64,000 bases of DNA from Octopus vulgaris (GCA_951406725.2 OX597832.1:18414001-18478000), one strand, 5' to 3'; positions 40,811 to 54,981 are shown, counted from the first letter of the stretch. Notes: a model not told the origin generated them from the sequence alone. Program-made: numbers and translations.

Positions 40811-42427
40811 TATTGTAAAATTTAAATCTACGACCTTGTGTAAAATCTAAAATCAGTATTCTATATATCTGAGACAATCTATTCTATTATTTGTTCAGTA
40901 TTTTTTCGTCTGACGCATATGAAATCCACCTCTGGCTCGACTTGTACAACCGTAGTTTCATTCAGCAGGCGAAATTTCAGTCCACGAACTTTCTACCGAT
41001 GCAAAAATACCATTTCTTGCGTTTTAAGTTCGTAAGTCCTTTCCGACTCATGAACCTAGCGATCTTCGCTAAATTTTAAAATCGAGGCCATTCCATTTTT
41101 TTTTTCAATACCTGGAATTTCCGTCCTATATTTTTAAGTTTTCAGCTTCAAAAACTAAGACATAAGCATATAAATGTCCTCAGACAGAAGCAGCCACATA
41201 ATACCTCTATTGTTAGGATCTGGAAACTTACACGACAAATAGAAGAGTGCTGAGGACAGCTCAGGTGTGTTTGTCTTCCTTGTACTTTTCGCAATCTCTC
41301 GCCCAACTGCCCGCACATCTACACATGGTTCGGAAAGAACTCACAAGCCATTTATCTCACACTTGATTTCTTCCAAACCCATATTACATAGCGTACCAGT
41401 CTCCTCAAGTGCGTCAGAGCGTCATTGAAGGCTAGGTACAGTAGATTTACTTGTAGCTAGGCGTTTTCCGTCAGGTGTCTCTCCTGTGATACTGCATCGG
41501 TAAAAAAAAAATTTACTGCATCTCAGCTAAGGAACTTCTCCCTTAATCAATTGTGCAACCGTAATTTCGATTATATGATTTACCTTTTGGTGCTGATAAA
41601 CAGGGATGGGTATCGTGTTTTGTTCTACTGTATTCGATCTGTGTTTATAAAAATACATATATTTCTCAGTAGATGTATGGCATACAGGTCAGAAATTGTA
41701 AATGACCCTGTAAATGATCAGCAAAAACCGAGAGAGAGAACGAGAGAAAGAGAGAGTGAGAGAGACAGAGAGAGTGAGCATGAGAAAGAGCACGAACCTG
41801 AGAACAAGAGAGGGAGAGAGAGAGAGAAAAAGAAACAGAGAGCAAGAGAGAGAAACTGTCGTTTAATATACCCAGGCAATAATTATTTTTTGTAATGGGT
41901 TTATATATGCATATGGTTGTGTTGGTGTGTGTGATTGTAATAATTGTTTTTAACAAAATACATGAATATGGATGGTAAATCAAAGGAATACACATGTCAA
42001 TGTTATCTAGTTGTTATCTTTTTGAGATGTGACATCGATCATCGTTTGTTAACTGAAAGAACGCTGCTTCACACATACATTCACATACTTCCCTTCCACA
42101 CGCACACACATACACACGTATACTCACACAGAGTTGAAACGCCGTTTGATTTTTCTTTTCAGCGTTGAATGTTCACCATCACGTTTCTATTGCACACATA
42201 CAAACACACACACAAACACACACATACACACACACACACGTACACAAATAAACAAACACACACACGCAAACATTCACATCCCTACATTTTACATACTCAC
42301 ACTGATTCTTTTCACCGTAGAATTTCCATCATCCCTCTACCAAGTTTACCATAACACCTTCTTTGCTCATTCATATATTGTGACGGAGAAAAACACAAGA
42401 GTATTATTATAATACATGGACTTAAAA

Positions 42428-42615
42428 TGGCGAGCAGCCAGAATCTTAAGCACGCCGATATTTCGTGACTTTCCGTTCTAAATTCAAATTCCGGCGAGAT
42501 TGATTTGCCTTTCATAATTTCGGGGTTGATGAAATAAGTACCATTTGAATACTAGGGTCGATGTAATTGACTTAGCCTTTTCTCTCAAGCCGCTGGCATT
42601 GTGCTAAAATCTAAC
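42428..42615 (+). mobile_element. Degenerate family-C SINE
   Basis: TTCAAATTCCGGCGAGATTGATTTGCCTTTCAT...GAAATAAGTACC. Confidence 0.7.
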
Positions 42616-43339
42616 ACTAATATTAAGTGGAATCAACTTTTGTTTTATGAATTACTGGCAGGTAAAAGGAAAAAAAATCATTCTCGTTTGGATTTACCTG
42701 GATCACTTCCGATTCTGCCATTATTGATTAACAGTAATTATGAAGATATTAATAGCAATATAATAAAAAGACATCTATGATAATACAAATAGGTAATAAT
42801 TACTATTATGTTAATTCGCCCATTAATAATACAATACACATATCTCCGTAGCTTAATCATGGGAGACAGGTGAAATTAGATGTAGCTTTCTCTTAATGCC
42901 ATTAAATAAATAAACAAAAAATCAATCAAGACATACATGAATTGAAAATCGATGAAGAATAGAAAAAGTCTATCCTGAAGGTGAGAAGGAAATAAAGAAG
43001 CGGTATAACTTCGACAGGAACAATTGATAGCGGAAGCTCAAGTTAAGACAAAACAAAGATTGCGTTTTATATACGTCAAGTACTAAAAGGAAAATGGCCG
43101 TTGCACTAAACGATTAACCATTACAATGGCGCATATTGAAACAGTGGGATCAGATTATACATAGACTAATTTATAGTTGGCATAGGGTAGAGAGAAAGTG
43201 TGAGAATTGAGTGAGAGAAGGAGGGATGACGATGATAGGGATGGGAATGCGAAGAGACGGATGCGTGCTTCATAGAAACCAACATCTGCATATACATACA
43301 TACATACATACATACATAAATATATACATACATGCATAA

Positions 43340-43388
<49 letters not shown>

Positions 43389-43473
43389 TAGATAGATAGA
43401 TTCTATAGATATATATCGCACATTCACATTTACACACCTACATGTCTATATTTTAGTATATGAGCATATATAC

Positions 43474-43520
<47 letters not shown>

Positions 43521-43600
43521 CATACATAGATATATAAAGAGAAAGAGCTGGATAGATGGAGGAATAAATAGATATGTGTGTATATGTGTATATCTATATC

Positions 43601-43641
<41 letters not shown>

Positions 43642-43943
43642 GTATATATGTATATATAAACACGTGTGTATATATACATACATACATGCTTACATATATA
43701 TACACATCAACATGCGAGCAGCGGCACACAATCACCATCATATATGCAAAAGACAAATATGAGTAAAAGACAAAACGAAAAGTTTGAGCTACACATGAAG
43801 AACGAAAGAGATAGAGAGAGGGTGAATTAGGTTTAGTTATTAATACAAGGTTTGTTATACAAAGGAAATATAGTAGTATATATGTCTGTCTGCCTGTAAT
43901 TTTATGTGTATATGTATATGATCAGGTGAGATTCTGCGTTCAC

Positions 43944-43971
<28 letters not shown>

Positions 43972-43975
<4 letters not shown>

Positions 43976-44915
43976 GTTGTTGTATTTAGGAATGGTCATC
44001 TTGCGAGGTTAGCCAATAAAAACACACGCACTATATATTTGGTGTTAATTTTTGCTTCAGTTTTATTTATTTTTCGCATTAATCTTAAACTTATTTCAGC
44101 CAGACTTCTTTCGTCACACATCTGTGACCTCATCAGTGGTCCTTTGCTTTCTTCTTTCTTATTTGTGTGTCTTTCCTTACTAACGGTCAGCCATTTTGTA
44201 TTTTGTATCCCTATTGTATGTGTCTTTATTTGCGCATGCATTAATCCCTATGTGTGTTTATGTTTAGTTAATGTGTGTGTGGGAAAGTGCCTCTAATATT
44301 TGTATCTCCTGTTTATACACGTTCATGTAATTTATTTTTGTTTATTTTTTCATGTGTTTACACCTACTTATTATTATTATTTTGTTTTTGTTGTATTTAG
44401 TTAATTTTTTTTCATTTTGTTAACGTATATAGTTATTTACTTCCATTTGTTTATCTGTGTATTTTATGTTTTTAGTTTTGTTCATATTGTTATAAGTTTA
44501 TCGGGATCTTATTCTGTCCTTTGTTGCGGTGTGTTGGGGGTGTGTGCTTGCGTTCCATTCCAGTTTCCTATTCAGGCTAGGTTTATATTCTATTATGTGT
44601 GTAGCTTCTGTAATTTGTCTAATTGTTGCATCTATTCTATGTGTGGACACGATTTTAACTTCTATGTTGTCGGGTGAGCTCCCGTGTTCCTGGTACAGAA
44701 CTGATGAGCTCTTTTCTTCCTTAAGTTCTCTCCAATAAGCATTTACCCGCTCTCCTATGCTCCGTGCCGTCCCCCCTACGTAAGTCGTTCACTTGTTACT
44801 GCATCGTCCCTCTGTACATCTTATACTACAGACTACATTTCTGGCTTTACAGTTTGTTTGTGGGCTAAATCTACACATAGTACAGTTCCTATCCGTACAG
44901 GAGGTTCTACTAAAA
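43972..44915 (-). mobile_element. 5'-truncated Penelope-like retroelement: GIY-YIG endonuclease, A-rich 3' region and hammerhead
   Basis: Minus strand from about 44905 to 44545 translates CTDRNCTMC...NCKARNVVCSIRCTEGRCSNK*TTYVGGTARSIGERV...RQITEATHIIEYKPSLNRKLEWN. HHR at 44100-44139. Ends at (TA)n near 43945-43970. Confidence 0.9.
44100..44139 (-). ncRNA. Type I minimal hammerhead ribozyme of the PLE, stem III degenerate
   Basis: CCA-CTGATGA-G-GTCACA-GATG-TGTGAC-GAAA-GAAG-TC-TGG. Confidence 0.75.
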
Positions 44916-45328
44916 GGGTAGGTTCTACCTACCCTTTTATTCCTACAAACACAACCAAATCCATATAAGAAACAATTGTAGGAATAAATAGATGAACAAT
45001 CGTATATATCCCATTATTTTTGTCCATTTTACGTATCAATCGTTGAAAAGATAACATCATATGTTGGTAATACGATGATCAATTTACAAATTTCACTTGT
45101 GTAAAACTTCGACATCAGCTTTCAACTGCGGATCATTGGAGTAAAAGGTCGAAGTTTTTTAGTTAGGATGGTGTATTTTTCATATGCAGAGAGCTTAAGA
45201 AGTATTTCGCGTGGATTTATATCGCTTATTAATTCCTCAGATAAAAGTATGTATGTATGTATCAATCTATGTGTATATTTATAAATATCTATATACTTAC
45301 AAACACACACACATATTTAGCGAGATAG

Positions 45329-45376
<48 letters not shown>

Positions 45377-45441
45377 GTATGTATAATACACAAAATATAG
45401 TATATAATATAATATAATATAATATATATATATATATATAT

Positions 45442-45478
<37 letters not shown>

Positions 45479-46086
45479 TATCACACACACAAAACTATAT
45501 ATATGTGTGTGTGTGTGTGTGTGTCTGTGTGTCTGTGTGTGTAGATACTTAAGTTTAAACAGTATGTAAGAAATATAGAAAAATAACTAGATCTATAGAG
45601 AAGAGTTAGCTTCATCTTTTATTGACATATCGAATGTATACACAGTAGGAAATCAGAACACAAATCAATCTAATCTCGGGAGTTGTCAGGGTAAACTTCG
45701 AAAATAACAAAAGATTGTCACCGCAATCAAATATTCAGAGTTATTATTATTATTACTAATCTATATAACTCTAGTAGACACAAGCATTTACAGGTGTCCT
45801 TTACAGGTGCATTGTAAAACTCTACAAAGATTTCCTGTTATTTAGGGGGATTATATAAACAAATATTTCTATAAAGGCATTTACGTACACAATCAAATAA
45901 TATATTTAAGTACGAATTGACATACAAATATAATGCGTTTGTGTATATATCCCGCATACAATCGGTAACGCCGCTTTCTCCTTCTCTCTCTCAGTATCTG
46001 TCTGTCTGTCAGTATGTGTGCGTATATCTACGCATTTAGAAAAATACATAAATACATAATACATTCACATATATATATATATACAC

Positions 46087-46128
<42 letters not shown>

Positions 46129-46254
46129 AGAGAGAGAGAGAGAAACATATAGATAGATATACATACACACACATTCATTCATATATTTCTATCCATGGCT
46201 ATATACGTGTGTTCACACATACATATATATATATAGACATACATATATACATAC

Positions 46255-46407
<153 letters not shown>

Positions 46408-46414
46408 ATGTATG

Positions 46415-46452
<38 letters not shown>

Positions 46453-46462
46453 TATATGTATG

Positions 46463-46499
<37 letters not shown>

Positions 46500-46730
46500 G
46501 TATACACATATACACGCGTGCGTGGAACGCGCACACAAACGTAGATACTTATGTATCTTTGTGTGTGCTTGCTGCGTCTACGTTTATGTATCTGTCAGTG
46601 ACAGGCATATATGTATGCATATATACACATCTATCTGATCCCATAAAGACTGCTGTAAGGTTACATGTCTAAAATTTGTATCATATTGTAAAATAGGTAA
46701 AGTAATGCACACAGCAACACACATACACAG

Positions 46731-46786
<56 letters not shown>

Positions 46787-47189
46787 CTTGTTTGCTGCAA
46801 AGTGTGAAATATATAACGTTTCGGACAGCATTTCTTAGGAAAAATTTTAAGTTGACAGGATTGAAATTACTGAGAGATTTTAGAGCTTAATAATTCCTAA
46901 GTTATATTATTGTAAATACATGCACTTTCAACACACATACACATATGCACTCTCTCAAATACAATCACGCTCTACCACACACACATACACACACACTCAC
47001 ACACACACATACGCACACACATACACACACACGAACCTTGTATAGTATATTCATATTTTATAATACATTAAATTATCGTTTAAACATGTGGAAAAGATAC
47101 TATATATACTATATATACTATATGTTAATGAGTTAGATTCTGACACATTAACATATAGTACACACACACACACACATATATATATATAT

Positions 47190-47722
<533 letters not shown>

Positions 47723-47990
47723 TGCATGTATGCATGTATGTATGCATGTATGTATGTATTTATGTATGTATGTGTGTATGTATGTATGTAACTATGTATA
47801 TGTAATTGATCATTCTGAGGCATGTAGCTTTTCTCTATCCGTCCGAAGGCAATATAGATAAATGTTTGATGGTTTATTAGGAGCTTTCTGACACGAAATA
47901 TATGGTACAATATATGAATACATATTTACACGAGTGAAAATATGTATGCGTCTATAATGAACTTGTATGCTATCCTGTGTGTATATTATA

Positions 47991-48289
47991 CTAGCAGTAT
48001 CGCCCGGCGTTGCTCGGGTTTATAAGTGAAATAAGTATATATAAGCATTTTAGAGTGTTACTTCCCTTATATAATAGCAAAAAATGTATTAAAAATGGGA
48101 AAAAATGATGGTAAATTCTTTTTAAAATCTTAGACTCATCGTACACGCACGCTAATACCCAGCAGGGCTCTATATGAATCCCGACTATAAGATACCCGCT
48201 TTTGGTTAAACTGCACCGCAAAATGTGGGAGTAGTTAGGAATCTAAATCGTAGGAGACAGACACACAACTTCACTTTTATATATAAAGA
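47991..48289 (-). mobile_element. Non-autonomous Helitron, copy 1 (shortest)
   Basis: Minus strand starts TCTTTATATATAAAA and ends CCCGAGCAACGCCGGG-CGATACTG-CTAG followed by T. No TSD. Confidence 0.9.
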
Positions 48290-48562
48290 CAAGTAAGTAT
48301 GAATGTCTGCATGCATATATACCTGCGTGTATATGAGTGTGTGCGTATATATATTGTATCAATATGTATACATGCGTGCTTGCGTGGGTGTGTTTGTGCG
48401 TGTGCGTGTGAGGAGAAATACGCAAGAAAATGGCGCTAAAGACACTTAGTACGAATTACATACGTATAATTATTTAAAACAGCTTCATTCGTCTCATACT
48501 TACTACGACTCGTTCAGACTGATATTGCCATATACATATATATACGTACGTATGTATGTATG

Positions 48563-48641
<79 letters not shown>

Positions 48642-48667
48642 GTATGTATATACGTATGTATGTATAG

Positions 48668-49388
48668 GGGGGATGTACTTGCATAGCAAGTGATTTGATG
48701 TGGGATCGTGTGCTGAAACAAAAGCAATTGCAGCCTGGAAGGAATATTGTCGGTGATCAGGTTGCGATCTCAAAGCAACAAAAATATTTTGTCAAATCTA
48801 TATATATAAAACTGTAGTTGTGTGAGTGTCTGTCCCCTTCGATTTAGATTCCTAACTACTCCCACATTTTGCGGTGCAGTTTAACCAAATTCGGGTATCT
48901 TATAGTCGTGATTCATAGGGAGCCCGTCTGAGAATTAGCGCGCGTCTACGATGAGTCTACGATTTTAAAAATAATTTAACATCAATTTTTATTCCATTTT
49001 AATGCATAATTTTTCGTGTGTCGATGGCGGCGGAGTTGGCGTCCATGGTCACACCTGCACCTGTTTGCTTCTCCCCTTTCTTCCGTCCCTCGTGAAGCTG
49101 TGGGGAAGGGAGTGTAAGGAAATCAATGTCGTAAAGCGTTGTCAAGGAGACCAGCGTTCTTTTAGAACAACGACTTCATGGCTTGAAGACACCAAAACAG
49201 AAATGGCAAAGAAAGCCCGAATTGGCATCTATAAGGGAAGTAACTCTCTAAAAATGCGTATATAGTTATTTCCCTTACAAACCCGAGCAACGCCGGGCGA
49301 TACTGCTAGTTAAATATAAATGGTGAAGTGTATCTAACGGTTTTGTGTGTTTTTAAATGGTTCATAAACACCTTCCACGTTCCAATTG
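48668..49388 (+). mobile_element. Second copy of the G3-C8 hammerhead element with an inverted 5' segment, interrupted by Helitron copy 2
   Basis: 48668-48742 matches 34314-34384 in one orientation. 48745-48796 plus 49310-49388 match 34366-34495 in the other. Confidence 0.8.
48797..49309 (+). mobile_element. Non-autonomous Helitron, copy 2, with about 213 bp of extra internal sequence
   Basis: A|TC start, subterminal hairpin, CTAG|T end. Segment 49017-49229 is absent from copies 1 and 3. Confidence 0.93.
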
Positions 49389-50052
49389 TATGTACATATA
49401 CATACGCACACAGACAAACACACACACACATAATTATATATATGCACACACACATATATATATGTGTATATATACAATTGCAACGTGGAAGGTGTTTTTG
49501 TGCCACTAAATTTGTTGAGTGCTCTTCCTTAGCTTCTCCACTCTCTGATATATATCTGTATGTGTACATACCTCTTTGCGTGTGTGATATAATGTGCCGT
49601 TAGGTTATAAATGTACGTTATATACAGATAAACAATCGACCCGTTCTGGGCTATCGATGCAGTCGGATTCCAGATTAATAGCGAAATTCTTCAGATGCAG
49701 ATAATCATGGATTCACGACTGTAAAACCGTCGTGTGAGTTTAGCGAGATTAAATATAATGCAAAAAAAAAAAAGACCAAAACATGACTTTAGTATGTCTT
49801 TATTGGTCAGTTATAATTCTAACTTATCATTAAATATGTTTTGAAGTAATTCCTGGTCTTATTTTGGGGAAAGTGTGTGTGTGTGTGGGGGGGTCGTATG
49901 TATGTGTGTAAGTCTGTCTGTGTGATAATCTGAAGATCTTTCAAACTAAATTGATCACCTAGAAATTATTTGGAATCTTTGCACGGTGCTACATAAAGGA
50001 GTCACAAAATTCTATTCAATACTTCCTCCACACTTCCGAGCTGATACCTTAA

Positions 50053-50451
50053 TCTTTATATGTAAAAGAAAAGTTGTGTGGTGTCTGTCTCCTACGATTT
50101 AGATTCCTAACTACTCCCACATTTTGCGGTGCAGTTTAACCAAAACCGGGTATCTTAAAGTCGTGATTGATATCGAGCCCTTCTGGGTATTAGCGCGCCT
50201 CTACGATGAGTCTACGATTTAAAACAAAAATTACCATCATTTTTTCCATTTTAATGCATTTTTCGCTATTATATAAGGGAAGTAACTCTCTAAAAATGTC
50301 TACGATGAGTCAACGATTTAAAAAAAATATTACCATGATTTTTTTTCCATTTTTAATTCATTTTTTTGCTATTTTTTGGCTATAACTCTCGAAAAATAGT
50401 TATATAGTTATTTCCCTTACAAACCCGAGCAACGCCGGGCGATACTGCTAG
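50053..50451 (+). mobile_element. Non-autonomous Helitron, copy 3, with an internal tandem duplication of about 100 bp
   Basis: A|TC ... CCCGAGCAACGCCGGG ... CTAG|T. The TCTACGATGAGTC unit is repeated at about 50200 and 50299. Confidence 0.93.
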
Positions 50452-50479
50452 TTTCATATATTAGTGTTTATAGAAATGA

Positions 50480-50994
50480 TTATCGTCATCATCATCATGT
50501 TGATGATGACGACGATGGTTATTATGATCATGATAACCACTACAAGGACAGAATCAATGATGAGGAAGTTGGTGGTACTGTTTTAGTGTTGCTGATGGTT
50601 GTCGTGATGATGATGATGATAATGATGCTAGTGGCGGCCGTTAGAAATAAATGTTAATTCTGTCGTAGACAATATTGCTGTAATGTTCTTAGTCGTCGTC
50701 ATTATTGTTATCATCTTCGTCGTCGTTATCATCATCATGATCATGATCATCATGATCATGATCATCATGATCATCATCGTCATCATCATGTTCGTCATCG
50801 TCAGAACCATCATCATAATCGTTGTCGTCGTCGTCGTCGTCATCATCATGTTCGTCATCGTCATCATTGTTGTCGTCATCGATATCATCATCATCATCCT
50901 CCGTCGTCATCAGTATCATCATCGTTGTCAATATACGTCTTCCAATAATCAGCATCTCCAACAAATTTTTCTCCACCATCTCAGCCGCATCAAT

Positions 50995-51042
<48 letters not shown>

Positions 51043-51157
51043 GTCTTCGTTGTCATCGCCGTCGTCGTCGTCACCGTCGTCGTTTAAATCTCCATTGACA
51101 CCGGCTCCGTCACCGCTGTAGTGGCCTTGGCTAGCACTAACATCATCACAACATTTA

Positions 51158-51228
<71 letters not shown>

Positions 51229-51234
51229 ACAACA

Positions 51235-51265
<31 letters not shown>

Positions 51266-51505
51266 CTTCGTCATCGAAACAGTAAAAGAGACGTTATGAG
51301 GACGTACGTATTCAAAAGATCGAACATTTCAGAAAAATAATAAAATAATATAAAAAACCTCACCACCTCCTACATAAACAAAAACCACCAAAAACGCCAC
51401 CCCCGAAACAACAACAACAACAACAACCACAACCATAGCAACAACAACCATAATAGCAACTAGGACGTCGTCGGCGACAACTACAACATTAACAGCAACT
51501 ACAAT
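50480..51505. repeat. Compound (ATC)n/(GTC)n and (AAC)n trinucleotide low-complexity tract
   Basis: Directly visible. Explains the poly-D, poly-S, poly-I and poly-M ORFs. Confidence 0.95.
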
Positions 51506-52093
51506 GAGCAAACATTATTACAAGTGTCAACAACGAAATATACAATATGTCTACAGGACACGCAGTCGCCATATTTCCTTGTGTGAAAAGGTACGTGAGA
51601 GAATTGTTTTGTTTTTTGTTGTACCTTTTTTGCGGGATTTCTTTTCTTGTGTTTTTTTTTTCTTTTCTTCCTTCTTTTCTCGTACCTTTTGTTCTGTTGT
51701 CGCACTCCACCGTCTCCCAACATTTTGTCTTTTCCTTTTTTTTTTCTATATGCATTTCTTCATTTCTTTCTTTCTCCTCTCGTTCTCCCTCTCTCTCTCA
51801 CTGTCTGTATATTTTTCTCCCTTCACCCTATCTCAATCCCCCTCTCTCTCTCTCTTTATATATATATATATGTTTATATATATATATGCATGTATATGTA
51901 TAAACACATAAAAATGGAAATATATATATATATGTAGATGTATATATATATATATATATATATATGCATATATATATATATATATATATAAACGTATATA
52001 TATATATATATATGTATGCATATATTTACACACACATAATGACGCACACACATATATATATATACATATATGCATATATATACATATATATAC

Positions 52094-52130
<37 letters not shown>

Positions 52131-52487
52131 AATGTATATATGTATACGTAGATATTTAGACACACACACACACAGACTCGTATATATTAGATTATATATG
52201 GAAAAATCTGTATGTGTGTCTGCCTCTATGCATGTTCCTTTAGTTTATAAATTTTAAAATAAAAATATTCTGACAGAAACTGAACACAAAGAAGCGTTTA
52301 TTGATGGAATGACTCTACGCTGAACGAAGCATCTACTTCATTGAAAAGAAACATTTGTCTAGTTTTGTGTTTCGCTTAGCTCCATTCTTAAACAAAAAGC
52401 AAAGCTTGAATTATTCTACTTGGTAAATGCCTTTATATGCTTTTAAATACATAGCTGTAAATATATAAATGCATGGATGGATGGATG

Positions 52488-52525
<38 letters not shown>

Positions 52526-52549
52526 CAGACAGATATATAGATATATATG

Positions 52550-52880
52550 TTTTTTTATTTGCCACTCAGGGCTGAACACAGAGGGGACAAACTACAAAGT
52601 AGATCTTTTCTTTTTGGGATAAAAAAAGGTGGAGGTGTAGGTTTTCGATCAAAAGGGATCGTGAAAATAAACGATCAATAGGGAACTGTATCACAGAAAT
52701 GTCATGATGTAAAGTGTAAAGAAAAACAGGTAAGGTTTATCCGTAGAAAGAAAAGCCTTCGGAAAAGACCACGGTGACCTCGGTCAATAATGTCATAGGT
52801 TAACAATTATTTGCAAGCAAGTAACTCTCTGTTTTAATTGTTTCCCGGTTTCAAAGGATTATGCTCAAGGTGGCTTCGTC

Positions 52881-52881
<1 letters not shown>
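52550..52881 (-). mobile_element. 5'-truncated LINE 3' end (last codons plus 3' UTR and A-tail) between (GATA)n tracts
   Basis: Minus strand DEATLSIIL-TGA, then about 300 nt of UTR ending GTTTGTCCCCTCTGTGTTCAGCCCTGAGTGGCAAATAAAAAAA, matching the family-C SINE tail. Confidence 0.65.
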
Positions 52882-52958
<77 letters not shown>

Positions 52959-53161
52959 TTGGATTGACAAGTCCTGCAGGTACTGACTACTAAGTAACAT
53001 TTAAATCACCCCTTTCCAAATTACATTTCATTATATTTATTTTGAAATATTAAAGCAATTCGATACGTTTTTAGTTGTTTGCCGTTGAAAATACCTATAG
53101 TTCTTCAATGATTTTTTAAAAATATGAATTGATTTGCACATATATTTTTGGTCATAAATAT

Positions 53162-53578
53162 TTACTCTTTTACTCTTTTGCTTGTTTCAGTCATTTGACT
53201 GCGGCCATGCTGGAGCACCGCCTTTAGTCGAGCAAATCGACCCCGGGACTTATTCTTTGTAAGCCCAGTACTTATTATATCGGTCTCTTTTGCCGAACCG
53301 CTAGCTGACGGGGACGTAAACACACCAGCATCGGTTGTCGAGCGATGTTGAGGGGGACAAACACAGACACACAAACATATACACACACACTTATATATAT
53401 ATATATACATATATACGACAGGTTTTTTTCAGTTTCCGTCTACCAAATCCACTCACAAGGCATTGGTCGGCCTGGGGCTATAGCAGAAGACACTTGCCCA
53501 AGATGCCACGCAGTGGGACTGAACCCGGAACCATGTGGTTGGTTAGCAAGCTACTTACCACACAGCCACTCCTGCGCC
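53162..53578 (-). mobile_element. Family-B SINE, full length
   Basis: Reverse-strand match to 33580-33993. Confidence 0.96.
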
Positions 53579-53629
53579 TTTCTTTAACAAACGCCAATCT
53601 TTTTTTCTTTCCTTCCTAATATTTTTTTC

Positions 53630-53845
53630 TATGAGTAGAATTTGAGAGGTGGAATCTAGAGTAATTTGTTGGGTGGAAGCTAGTCCATTACATCTATTCC
53701 CTAGCCCGACTACTACTTATTTTATCGATGATTGAAAGCAAAATCGACCTCGGCGGAATTTGAACTGCGAATGCATAGCCGGGCGAAATGCCGTTAAGGT
53801 AATGATTCAATACGGTAAGGTAATGATTCAGCCAGCTCACCTCCC
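53630..53845 (-). mobile_element. Degenerate family-C SINE
   Basis: GCAAAATCGACCTCGGCGGAATTTGAACT ... GCCAGCTC. Confidence 0.7.
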
Positions 53846-53916
53846 TTTTCTCTTCTAATATCACACTCTACTTTTAATATCTTCTGTCCTTAATTTTTCT
53901 TTTTCTTTTTTTTTAA

Positions 53917-54480
53917 GGCAGCGAGCTGGCAGAAACGTTAGCACGCTGGGCGAAATCCGTAACGTATTTCGTCTGCTGTTACGTTCTGATTTCAAATTCC
54001 GCCGAGGACGACTTTGCTTTTCATCCTTTCGGGTCGATGAATTAAGGACCAGTTACGCACTGGGGTCGATGTAATCGACTTAATACCTATTACTGTCCTT
54101 GTTTGCCCCTTCTGTGTTTAGCCCCTTGTGGGTAATAAAGAAATATGTATTTCTTCTGTCGTTACGTTCTGAGTTCAAATTCCACCGAGGTCGACTTTGC
54201 TTTTCATCCTTTCGGGGTCGATAACTTAAGTACCATTTACGCACTGGGGTCGATATAATCGACTTAACCTGTTTGTCTGTACTTGTTTGTCCCCTTGTGT
54301 GTAGTAAAGGAATAGGTATTTCGTCTGTCTTTACGTTCTGAGTTTAAATTCCACCGAGGTCGACTGTGTCATTCATCCTTTCACCATCGATAAATTATGG
54401 ACCAGTTCCGTACTGGGGTCGATCTAATCGAGTGGCCTCCTCCCCCAAAATTTCCGACCTTGTCCGTAGAGTAGAAAGAA
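53917..54480 (+). mobile_element. Family-C SINE concatemer (head plus three units; last unit has the older tail type)
   Basis: Units restart at GTATTTC near 53964, 54148 and 54316. The third ends CCCCCAAAATTTCCGACCTTGTCCGTAGAGTAGAAAG. Confidence 0.9.
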
Positions 54481-54981
54481 CAATATGTGTTCTGTCATTT
54501 TTATATCTTGTGTCTTTTTAATTTTCTACTCACATTCCTTCTCCCATTTCTTTTTACGTTCCTTTCACATTTTGATTCTTTGTATATTTAGTGTATATGT
54601 ATCTTCATTTCTCTCCCTAATCCATAGATATCCCTGAATCTATTTGCACAAATACTTCCTTAAAGTTCGCTTTTTGTATTTTATTGTTAAGCCTCCTTTC
54701 GTTCTTTCATTCCATATATCTCGAATCCTTTTCTTTCGTTTATTTTCTTTACGCTACCTTTCACATAAAAATATAGTCTCTTTTTATATACATTCTCACA
54801 TTTCTTCCCCATGTATTGTATTATAATATCACTATTAATTGCCATAAGCTGGCGGTTTCATCTTTATGACAATATTTAATATTTTGTCATAACCAGATAA
54901 ACAATACTGTAAATATTGCTTCATTGTATTTTGACGGTCATTTTCATTTTTCACACTTGATTCAATAGATACAAGGCATCG

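Noticed and set aside
50628-51121. Poly-Asp/His, poly-Ser and poly-Ile ORFs
   Set aside because: Trinucleotide microsatellite open in several frames, with no splice or domain support.
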